Assembly (NCBI GenBank): GCA_965648935.1
Contig: CBFGIY010000046.1
Coordinates: 1-19,629, forward strand
Length of the DNA: 19,629 nucleotides
Direction: 5' to 3'
DNA from: a candidate division WOR-3 bacterium
GTDB lineage: Bacteria; Hydrothermota; Tepidihabitantia; Tepidihabitantales; Tepidihabitantaceae
Shown here: piece after piece, positions 8,791-19,629 of the stretch
Layout of the letters: each line of letters opens with the position of its first letter
How positions within the stretch are numbered: position 1 is the first letter of the stretch
Translations under genes and position numbers: made by a program
Notes under the pieces: generated by a model
The model's input: only the letters and a program-made list of their open reading frames with translations
What the model was told of the DNA's origin: nothing
The model's database searches: none

Positions 8791-10031
8791 CGCGCGGCCA
8801 CCGCCCCGCGCTCAAGCAGCGGGTCGATCTTCTCCTTGATGGCCCGGATCACGAGCGGGTCGTCGTTCCACGCGCCCATGTTCCAGAGCTGGACATCGGG
8901 CGGCACCTTCGCCCTGCGCACCAGTTTCGGCACGTCGTACTGGCTGTGCATCGCGTCGGCCGAGATGGCGGCCGAGAAGTAAAGCACCCGCCTGACCCCG
9001 TTTCTGACAAATTCCTCGACCTGCGCGGCGGGATGCGGCTCCTTGAACTCCATCCACGCGAGCGAGAGGTTCTCGCGCCGGTAGCCGTTGGCCGCGAGCA
9101 GCTCGAGCACGCCGTTGCGGAACGCAAGCTCGTGCTCGGTCTCGGTCGGCCACTCGCGGTCCCACTCGTCGGGCTGGCCGTGGCCGACCAGCAGCACGCC
9201 GACCTGCGACTTGTCGATGTCGGCCGAGTGCGCGTCGGCGCGCTCAAGGAACATCCGCCTGAGCGTTTCCGAATCGTACAGCGGCCCGGTGAAGCTGACC
9301 GGGACGCCGAACTTCTCTTCAATCGCCAGTTCCTTTATCTGGTCCGCGCCTTCGGCGGTGTGGTTGGACACGGTGAGGAATACCTCGCTGACCACGATGC
9401 GCGACGCGCCGTCGTTGAGGGCCTGAATCGCCGCGGCGTGCGGGGTGGGCGATGCGTCGAGGAAGGAGATGTAGAAGCGGGTGGTGGAGTCGCCCGCGGC
9501 GCGGTAGGCGGCCTCGAGCGCCTTGAGCATCTGCCGGTGCATGAAGACGTGGTTGGACCGGCCGACGCGCAGGTAGCCGTTGCGCAGGGCGTGGGCGAAG
9601 AACGGCCGCACCAGCCAGGGCACGAACGGTATCTTCTGTTCGTCGAACTCGCGGAACTGGTTTATCCAGCCGATGGGGTCGTAGGTTTCGGGTTCGCCGT
9701 GGGTGAAGTACACCACCGCGGTATGGCCCTTGCCCGGGTCGCCGGGCGTGCGGACGAGTTCCGGGCTGGTGCGGGTGTCGGGCCGGTTCATGAACGCCTC
9801 GGTCTGCAGGCACCAGCCGCCCATGAACGCGACGAAGGCGAGCGGCACGAGGATGGCGAAGTGCCAGGCGCGGAACCGGGCAAAGAACACCAGCAGCGCG
9901 GCCACGGCAGAGAGCACGGCCAGCGCCAGGTTCAGGCTCATCTCGAGCGGGTGGCAGACGAGATAGCGGACCGCAAACCAGCCGGTGAAGAACGCGAAGG
10001 CGGGCAGAAGCAGCCAGCGCAGGAGCTTCAT
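8787..10031 (-). CDS. Membrane-anchored class II chelatase-fold (ferrochelatase/CbiX-like) protein
   Basis: About three N-terminal TM segments, then two Rossmann-like halves: AVVYFTHGEP...ISFLDASP...SNH and GVLLVGHGQP...AWMEFKEP...DAMHSQYD...WNDDP. SD GGAGG upstream. Confidence 0.75.
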   Translation of the reverse strand: MKLLRWLLLPAFAFFTGWFAVRYLVCHPLEMSLNLALAVLSAVAALLVFFARFRAWHFAILVPLAFVAFMGGWCLQTEAFMNRPDTRTSPELVRTPGDPGKGHTAVVYFTHGEPETYDPIGWINQFREFDEQKIPFVPWLVRPFFAHALRNGYLRVGRSNHVFMHRQMLKALEAAYRAAGDSTTRFYISFLDASPTPHAAAIQALNDGASRIVVSEVFLTVSNHTAEGADQIKELAIEEKFGVPVSFTGPLYDSETLRRMFLERADAHSADIDKSQVGVLLVGHGQPDEWDREWPTETEHELAFRNGVLELLAANGYRRENLSLAWMEFKEPHPAAQVEEFVRNGVRRVLYFSAAISADAMHSQYDVPKLVRRAKVPPDVQLWNMGAWNDDPLVIRAIKEKIDPLLERGAVAAR

Positions 10032-10034
10032 GGT

Positions 10035-12359
10035 TCAGACCTCCCTGGATTTCCTGTGTACGGTAATCTCGCCGGTGAAGCCGTCGACCGTGACCTCGGC
10101 GCCGTCGGGTATGCCGAGCGCGCCGGGGACCGAGACGACCGCCGGGATGTTGTACTCGCGGGCGATTATCGAGCTGTGGGACAGGATGCCGCCGGACTCG
10201 GCCACGACCGCGCCGGCCCGGGCAAAGAGCGGCGTCCAACCGACATCGGAGAACGGTATCACCAGCACGTCGCCATTGTTGAGCCGGGCGAACTCGCCGG
10301 TGTCGCGTATCACACGGGCCGGGCCGCGGTAGTAGCCGCGCGAGGTGGCGGCCCCGCGCAGGCGGTCGGCCCCGGAGTCCTCGAGCGGCGGCGCGATGTC
10401 GCCGAAGATGACCGTGGGCAGGCGCGCGCCGGCGCAGGCGGCCATCTCGGCGCGCCGCGCGGCAGCCAGGGCGCGGGCGTCGAGCCGCTCGCCCCGTGCC
10501 ACGGCGCGGACTTCGTCAAGATAGAGATAGAAGACGTCGTCGGCCGAGCCGAGGCGGCCGTGTTCGGCCCAGCGCCGGCCCAGCTCGAGGAACAGCGGCC
10601 GGAACAGGCCGTAGCCGTAGATGTAGAGCTGCGACACCTGCTCGCGCAGCAGCCGGAACCGGCGCGCCCGGTCCGCGAGCCAGCGCAGGCGGCGCCGGTC
10701 GAGGGAGGAAAGCCCGAGCTCTTCAAGAGACTTCAGGCCGGAACCGGCGCGCGGCGTGAAGCCGGCAATCATCCCGAGAACGTCATCGGGCCGCTCGCGC
10801 CACGGCACGTAGGAGAAGTCGACGCCCGAGTCGGACAGGTGGCCGAAGCGCGCGATGAATTCCTCGAACCCGCGGCGGAACGATTCCAGCCCCGGCGCGG
10901 CCAGTCCGGCGACGGTGCGGGCAGACGCGCGCCGGGCCGGGTCAAGCCGCATCAGCTCGTCGTGCAGTCGGGCGATGTGGACATTGGGGTCGGTGCCGGC
11001 GAGTCGCTCAAGGCCGCGGGTCAGGTCAAGCCGGGCGAAGTCCTGGCCCAGTTTCTCGAGCCGCGTGCGCAGGAGCCGGTTGTAGAAGAGCATCAACAGC
11101 GGCGTTACGACGTTGTGGTAGGCTGTCTCGATGCTGTACTCGAAGAGCCGGTCGACGCGGTCCAGCAGGGCCGCGTCGGGCAGGGCAGTGAGGTCGGCCG
11201 AGCGGAATTCGTCGTACCACCGGCGCGCCCGGGGCATGAACCGTTCGGTCTTGCCGGCGAAACGGTACTTGTCGAGCGCGAAGCCGAGCATCCGGAACGC
11301 GTGGCGCAACGCTTTCACCGAGGGCATCATCCGCGGTTTCTCCGGGCCCTCGGACTGCACGCCCATCATCAGTTCGAGGCTGTCCTGCGGCATGCCGAGC
11401 GACTCGAAGATGCGGCCGATGACGCCCATGTTGAAATAGGCGCGGTAGTGAAACGCGCGGGCGAGGGAGCGCGGGTCGATGTCGTTGGGGCCGATGAGCT
11501 CGGTGAAGAACCGCACCCAGGCGGTGTTGACCAGCGGGATGTTGATTGACCAGACCAGCGGCTTGACCTGGCCGGGCAACATCTCGCGCGCGATCGCATT
11601 GGAGTAGATGCTGACGCCGCCCAGCGAGGTGATGTCGCGCACCTGCACCAGCCATAGCCGCCCGCCGTCCCACACCCATTCGATGTCGACCGGCCGGCGC
11701 AGGCGGCGCGCGATGCGGCGCGTTTCGGCGACGACCTGCACCGCGACCGGTTCGAGCAGGGCGCCGGCCGCGGGGCGGGTTGTCCACTCGCCCCACTTCC
11801 ACACCCAGCGCAGGGGCGTGACCCCGCCCTGGACCAGCGCGTCGCCGCGGCCGGTCACGGCCTCGACGATGGTTTCGGCCAGGCCGGTCATCGGGTTCTT
11901 CGAGAACGCGACGCCGGACAGGACCGGCTTGACCATCGCCTGGATGAGCACACCCATCCGCAGCTCGGCGCAGGTCCGGCCCGAGCGCTTGAGATACTCG
12001 GCCACGCGGGGCGGGCAGGCCGCGTCCCAGACCGCACGCACCGCTGCGACAAGCGCGTCGGTGCCGCGGACATCGAGCGCGGTGTGGAACTGGCCGGCAA
12101 AGGAACGGCCGACCGAGTCCTCGACATTGGCCGATGACCGCACGGCCCAGGCACGGGCCTGCGACCCGAGCCGGTCGAGCGCGGGCCGCAGTCCGTCGAG
12201 CACCGAGCGGTCGCCGCCGGCGAAACGGGCAAAGGCGTCCCAAGGTACGGCCCAGGCTTCGGGAACGTTCGCGCGCAGGGCCAGAAGGCGGGACAGACCG
12301 GCGGCCTTGTTGCCGGTGCGTGCCGTTGCACGAGAGCCGACGCGCTGCAGCAGAGACAT
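10035..12359 (-). CDS. PEP-synthase/rifampin-phosphotransferase-like dikinase (ATP-grasp + central domain + C-terminal phospho-His swivel domain)
   Basis: GNKAAGL, AVRSSANVED...SFAGQF, MGVLIQAMV...SGVAFS.NP and DIEW...LVQVRDIT (PEP/pyruvate-binding domain); C-terminal SDVGWTPLF...GGILSHSSIIAREYNIPAV (PEP-utilizer mobile domain). Confidence 0.88.
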   Translation of the reverse strand: MSLLQRVGSRATARTGNKAAGLSRLLALRANVPEAWAVPWDAFARFAGGDRSVLDGLRPALDRLGSQARAWAVRSSANVEDSVGRSFAGQFHTALDVRGTDALVAAVRAVWDAACPPRVAEYLKRSGRTCAELRMGVLIQAMVKPVLSGVAFSKNPMTGLAETIVEAVTGRGDALVQGGVTPLRWVWKWGEWTTRPAAGALLEPVAVQVVAETRRIARRLRRPVDIEWVWDGGRLWLVQVRDITSLGGVSIYSNAIAREMLPGQVKPLVWSINIPLVNTAWVRFFTELIGPNDIDPRSLARAFHYRAYFNMGVIGRIFESLGMPQDSLELMMGVQSEGPEKPRMMPSVKALRHAFRMLGFALDKYRFAGKTERFMPRARRWYDEFRSADLTALPDAALLDRVDRLFEYSIETAYHNVVTPLLMLFYNRLLRTRLEKLGQDFARLDLTRGLERLAGTDPNVHIARLHDELMRLDPARRASARTVAGLAAPGLESFRRGFEEFIARFGHLSDSGVDFSYVPWRERPDDVLGMIAGFTPRAGSGLKSLEELGLSSLDRRRLRWLADRARRFRLLREQVSQLYIYGYGLFRPLFLELGRRWAEHGRLGSADDVFYLYLDEVRAVARGERLDARALAAARRAEMAACAGARLPTVIFGDIAPPLEDSGADRLRGAATSRGYYRGPARVIRDTGEFARLNNGDVLVIPFSDVGWTPLFARAGAVVAESGGILSHSSIIAREYNIPAVVSVPGALGIPDGAEVTVDGFTGEITVHRKSREV

Positions 12360-12434
12360 CAGACTATTGACCGGGCCCGGTCCGGCCCGGGTTCGCGCCG
12401 GCGGGGGAGGCTATCTCCATCTCCCTGTGAGCCG

Positions 12435-12463
12435 ATGATGCCAGAGACGGCGGCCCGGGTCAA
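12435..12463 (-). promoter_or_regulatory. Candidate sigma70-type promoter for the minus-strand operon
   Basis: On the minus strand: TTGACC (12463-12458), 17 nt, then CATCAT (12440-12435) preceded by TGG (extended -10-like). Confidence 0.4.
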
Positions 12464-12482
12464 GTCCCGGCCGGCAGCAGAA

Positions 12483-12510
12483 TTGACACCACTCGGCGCG
12501 GGAATAAGAT
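12483..12510 (+). promoter_or_regulatory. Sigma70-type promoter of the holA-leuS-guaA operon
   Basis: Consensus TTGACA (12483-12488), 16 nt, then TAAGAT (12505-12510), standing out in a very GC-rich background. Confidence 0.75.
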
Positions 12511-12516
12511 AGGCCG

Positions 12517-13613
12517 ATGGCGCGCGGCGCGACAGCACGAGGCCGGTCCCCGGACGCGGTGTTGAAAGACATCGCGGCGGGCCGGTTCGAGCGGCTGTAC
12601 GTGCTGGCCGGGCCGGACCGGGCCGGGGCCGACGATATCATCGCGGCGTTGAAGAAGGCGCTGGTCGAGCCGGGGTTCGAGGCGTTTGACCTGGAGACGG
12701 CGTATGCCGGCGACGCGCCGGTCGAGACAGTGGTCGAGCACGCGCGTCAGGCGCCGATGGGCTCGAAGCGGCGGCTGGTGATACTGCGCGAGGCCGAGCG
12801 GCTGCGCGCGCCGGAGTTCGAGACGCTGTGCGCGGGGCTGGCCCGGCTGCCCGAGGGCAACACGACGGTCGTGACCGTGGACCCGGACAAGACAAAGAAG
12901 AAGCACCTGCAGTCCGCCGGGCTGGAATGCTGGATAGTGAACCTGGGCCAGCCCGATGCCGGCGACCTGCCGGCGCTGGTGAACCGTTGGGCCAGGGAGC
13001 GCAGGCTCGAACTGGAGCCGGCCGCGGCGCGGCTGCTGGTGGAGCTGGCCGGTTCGGATACCGCGATACTGCGCAGCGAGCTGGACAAGCTCGCGCTGAA
13101 CCTCGAACCCGGGACAAGGGTTACCGAGAAGGTGATGCGCGGGCTGGCCGGGCATTCGCGCACGTGGGGGATTCGCGAGTTCGTCGCGCGGCTGATGGCT
13201 CTGGACACGGGCCGGGCACTGGTCGCGCTGGAGAACCTGGCCGCGCTGGGCGAGAGCCCGGTGACGATTCTCTACTGGCTCGAGGGCGGGTTTTTCGAGC
13301 TGGCCCAGCTTCTGGCCGGGCGCATCACCGAGCGGGCGGCCTGGCGCACGCGCGATTTCGCCGCGAAGTGGCGCGACCCGAAGATGGTGAACCGCTGCCT
13401 GCTGCGGCTTTATGAGATCCACAAGGCGGCGGTGACCGGGAACCGCGAGGTCTTCACGCTGCTCGCCCAGTTCGCGGTGTGCGCGGCGTGCCGGAAGCCG
13501 GAGGAGTGCGAGGTTTTTGCGCGGCCGCGCCGGCCCGGGTTCTGCCTGCGCCGGCTGCAGCAGGCCGCGGCTGGGAAAGTCAGCAGTGAGCAGGGAGCAG
13601 TGAGGAGTGAGCA

Positions 13614-13617
<4 letters not shown>
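12517..13617 (+). CDS. holA: DNA polymerase III delta subunit
   Basis: LYVLAGPD, APMGSKRRLVILREAE and AARLLVELAGSDTAILRSELDKLAL; 366 aa; adjacent to leuS, a common neighbour. Confidence 0.88.

Positions 13618-13619
<2 letters not shown>
13578..13619 (+). repeat. Six imperfect tandem copies of the heptamer AGTGAGC
   Basis: AGTCAGC-AGTGAGC-AGGGAGC-AGTGAGG-AGTGAGC-AGTGAGC, spanning the holA stop and the leuS start. Confidence 0.9.
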
Positions 13620-16108
<2,489 letters not shown>

Positions 16109-16112
<4 letters not shown>

Positions 16113-16519
16113 AGACTTTCTGGCTGATATGCCTGATCGTGATAGCCGGGATGCTGGGCTACCTGATTCACGATTTCATCGAGCACCGCAAGGGCCAGGT
16201 GGAGTTTCTCGACTTCACGGCCGGCCGGGACGCGATGGCCACCTACCAGGCGAGGGCTGATTCGCTCAAGGCTAAGGCCGATTCCCTGCGCGGGCGGCTG
16301 GAAGGGGCCGGGCTGCTGCGCCGGCGATCGGTGCGGGCCCACCTCGAGCTGCTCGACGACGAGATAATAGCGCTCGAGCGCACGATCGAAAAGTGGCAGA
16401 AGTCCAAGCGCAGCCGGTCCGATGTCGATCTGCACCGGCAGGTGGTGCTGCTCTACGGCGAGGCGTCGGCCGCGGCCCGCGCCCTGGCCGCGGACACACT
16501 GCCCGACGACGAACGGTAG
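16109..16519 (+). CDS. Hypothetical single-pass membrane coiled-coil protein (paralog 1, 136 aa)
   Basis: ATG overlaps the leuS stop (ATGA), with SD AAGGAG. N-terminal TM helix MKTFWLICLIVIAGMLGYLIHDF, then a helical heptad-like region; homologous to the next gene. Confidence 0.85.
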
Positions 16520-16546
16520 CGGGGACGCAGAGGAAGGACGGGTCAG

Positions 16547-16954
16547 ATGAAAGCCGTGGGATGGATAGTGGGCCTGATCGCGCTGGCCCTGATCGGCTAC
16601 CTGCTGTACGAGTTCTTCACCGACCGGAAGCGCGCCCGCGACATCGTGTACTACGAGGTCACGGCCGACTCGGTGCAGGCCTACCGTGACCGGGCCGTCG
16701 AGCTGCGCCGGCAGGCAAAGGTGCTGCGGGCGCGGCTGGACGATCTGAAGCTCTGGGAGCGGCCGGCCGTGCAGGCGCGCATCGCCGAGCTCGACCGGCA
16801 GGTCGAGGAGCTTGAGCTGGCGATCGAGCGCTGGTCCAAGGCGCGGCGGACCCGCTCGGAGAAGGACCTCTACCGGCAGTGCATCCTGCTCTACGGCGAG
16901 GCCTCGGGCATCTGCAAGGCGCTGGCCGCGGACACGCTGACCCCGGGCGAGTAA
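16547..16954 (+). CDS. Hypothetical single-pass membrane coiled-coil protein (paralog 2, 135 aa)
   Basis: N-terminal TM helix, coiled-coil-like region, and a C-terminal DLxRQxxLLYGEASxxxxALAADTL shared with paralog 1. Confidence 0.85.
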   Translation: MKAVGWIVGLIALALIGYLLYEFFTDRKRARDIVYYEVTADSVQAYRDRAVELRRQAKVLRARLDDLKLWERPAVQARIAELDRQVEELELAIERWSKARRTRSEKDLYRQCILLYGEASGICKALAADTLTPGE

Positions 16955-16964
16955 CGGCATCCCG

Positions 16965-18491
<1,527 letters not shown>

Positions 18492-18517
18492 GGCCGGGCC
18501 GCGAGTGACGGCCGGCA

Positions 18518-18537
18518 CCGGCGGGCGAATCCGCCGG
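18518..18537 (+). terminator. GC-rich stem-loop downstream of guaA (possible terminator or stabilising hairpin)
   Basis: CCGGCGGG-CGAA-TCCGCCGG. There is no U-tract on the + strand, so its function is uncertain. Confidence 0.3.
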
Positions 18538-18614
18538 CCGCAAAAGGCGTCCAATGGTGTTCGGGTCAGGAGGGCGGACTTGGGGTATTGCAGACCGAAA
18601 CGCGGAGGAGTGAA

Positions 18615-19460
18615 ATGAGATCGATTCTTGTTATTCTGTCCGGCCTGCTTGTCGCGGCGCCTGCGACCGCGTCGTTGATCAACAAGCCCGAGCACCCGTA
18701 CGAGATACGGGGCGTGGCCGAGGTCGGCTGGTTCGGCTGGCTCAAGAACGACATTCAGTTCGGCGCGGGAGCGCGCGGGACTGAGTTCGACTATGTCGGC
18801 GAGGGCCGGCAGAACATCCTGTTCCCGTTCCAGCGGCTGTCTCTGGAAATGCATCTCAAGCCGCGGCACACCCTCGTGTTCCTGTACCAGCCGATCGACG
18901 CGCGCAGCCAGGCCACGCTGCAGAGCGAGCTGCTGCTCGACTCCACGGTTTTCCCGGCCGGCACGCCGATGAGCCTGCGCTACGGGTTTGACTTCTACCG
19001 CGCGAGCTGGCTCTATGATTTCCAGCGCGCCCCGGACCGCGAGCTATCGGCCGGGCTGTCGCTGCAGATTCGCGACGCGGTCATCGCTTTCACCGCGGTG
19101 GACGGCTCGGCGCAGCGGGTGTACACCGACGTCGGCCTGGTGCCGGCGGTCAAGGTCCGCGCCCGCTTTCCCCTGAACCGGCTGATGTGGCTCGGGGCCG
19201 AGGTCGACGGCATCTATGCCCAGGGCAAGGTCGTCACCGGCAGCACCAATGTCGAGAGCAGTTTCAAGGGCGCGATTCTCGACGCCTCGCTGCGCTACGG
19301 GTTCAAGGTCAACGAGTCGATAGACGCTTTCCTCAACGCGCGCTACCTCGGCGGCGGGGCCGAGGGCGGGCAGATTGACCCGGAGAACCCCGACACCGAC
19401 GGCTACACCAGCAACTGGCTCGGCGCGGTGTCGCTGTCGGCCGGGTTCGGCATCAAGTAG
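18615..19460 (+). CDS. Hypothetical exported protein, probable outer-membrane beta-barrel
   Basis: SD GGAGGAG (18604-18610) and ATG 18615; signal peptide MRSILVILSGLLVAAPATA; amphipathic strand patterns (YRASWLYDF, LSAGLSLQI, DASLRYGF, VSLSAGFGIK). Confidence 0.8.
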   Translation: MRSILVILSGLLVAAPATASLINKPEHPYEIRGVAEVGWFGWLKNDIQFGAGARGTEFDYVGEGRQNILFPFQRLSLEMHLKPRHTLVFLYQPIDARSQATLQSELLLDSTVFPAGTPMSLRYGFDFYRASWLYDFQRAPDRELSAGLSLQIRDAVIAFTAVDGSAQRVYTDVGLVPAVKVRARFPLNRLMWLGAEVDGIYAQGKVVTGSTNVESSFKGAILDASLRYGFKVNESIDAFLNARYLGGGAEGGQIDPENPDTDGYTSNWLGAVSLSAGFGIK

Positions 19461-19478
19461 CCGTCGCTCGGAGAACCG

Positions 19479-19513
19479 CGAAGGCCGGGCATTGCCCGGC
19501 CTTCGTTGTTGTT
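19479..19513 (+). terminator. Intrinsic terminator between convergent genes
   Basis: Perfect 12-bp stem CGAAGGCCGGGC-ATT-GCCCGGCCTTCG followed by TTGTTGTT. Confidence 0.85.
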
Positions 19514-19524
19514 CCGTGACAGAG

Positions 19525-19629
19525 TCAGCGCACGATCAGCTTGACCTCGGCCGGGCCGCGCTCGGTGTCGGCCCGGACGAGATACACGCCGGACGCAAGA
19601 CCGCGCAGGTCAAGGACGAGCGTCCCGGC
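19525..19629 (-). CDS. C-terminal end of a protein with a T9SS type A sorting (CTD)-like domain (partial)
   Basis: The minus strand reads ...AGTLVLDLRGLASGVYLVRADTERGPAEVKLIVR*, matching the LxxGxYxxx...xxKxxx CTD pattern. It is not in the ORF track. Confidence 0.8.
   Translation of the reverse strand, partial: AGTLVLDLRGLASGVYLVRADTERGPAEVKLIVR

Noticed and set aside
8946..11549. 867-aa ORF on the + strand
   Set aside because: Antisense shadow of the chelatase-like and dikinase genes. Such long stop-free frames are expected in high-GC coding DNA, and it has no recognisable motifs.
6858..12359. Idea that the minus-strand operon is a CRISPR ancillary module
   Set aside because: It is convergent, has its own candidate promoter and host-like composition, and shows no CARF, nuclease or other defence motifs. 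Adjacency alone is not evidence.
12390..12399. GGTTCGCGCC identical to the CRISPR leader motif at 6691-6700
   Set aside because: A single 10-mer match in GC-rich DNA, with no repeat or partner motifs nearby; likely chance.

Overview
GC-rich bacterial genomic window, probably from a diderm organism; the T9SS-like C-terminal domain at the right edge hints at the FCB group or a related candidate phylum. (1) 1-6857, + strand: a type I-C CRISPR-Cas locus (3' part of cas3, then cas5c, cas8c with a clear internal Cas11c start, cas7c, cas4, cas1, cas2), a leader carrying I-C-type motifs, and a minimal array of two identical 32-bp repeats with one spacer. (2) 6900-12359, - strand: a tightly packed four-gene operon that I do not recognise as a described pathway. 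It encodes a rifampin-phosphotransferase/PEP-synthase-like dikinase, a membrane-anchored class II chelatase-fold protein, a divergent PlsY-like membrane protein lacking the catalytic HxxN motif, and a probable outer-membrane beta-barrel. This is the best candidate for an undescribed system. (3) 12517-18491, + strand: a housekeeping operon holA-leuS-two tandem paralogous membrane coiled-coil proteins-guaA. Its oddities are a likely leaderless promoter, a four-Cys tail on HolA, a heptamer tandem repeat forming the holA/leuS junction, and a LeuRS whose KMSKS motif reads TMSSS. (4) 18615-19629: a secreted beta-barrel-like gene, an intrinsic terminator and the end of a convergent gene with a T9SS-type-A-like CTD. 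All calls come from motif reading; no database search was run.
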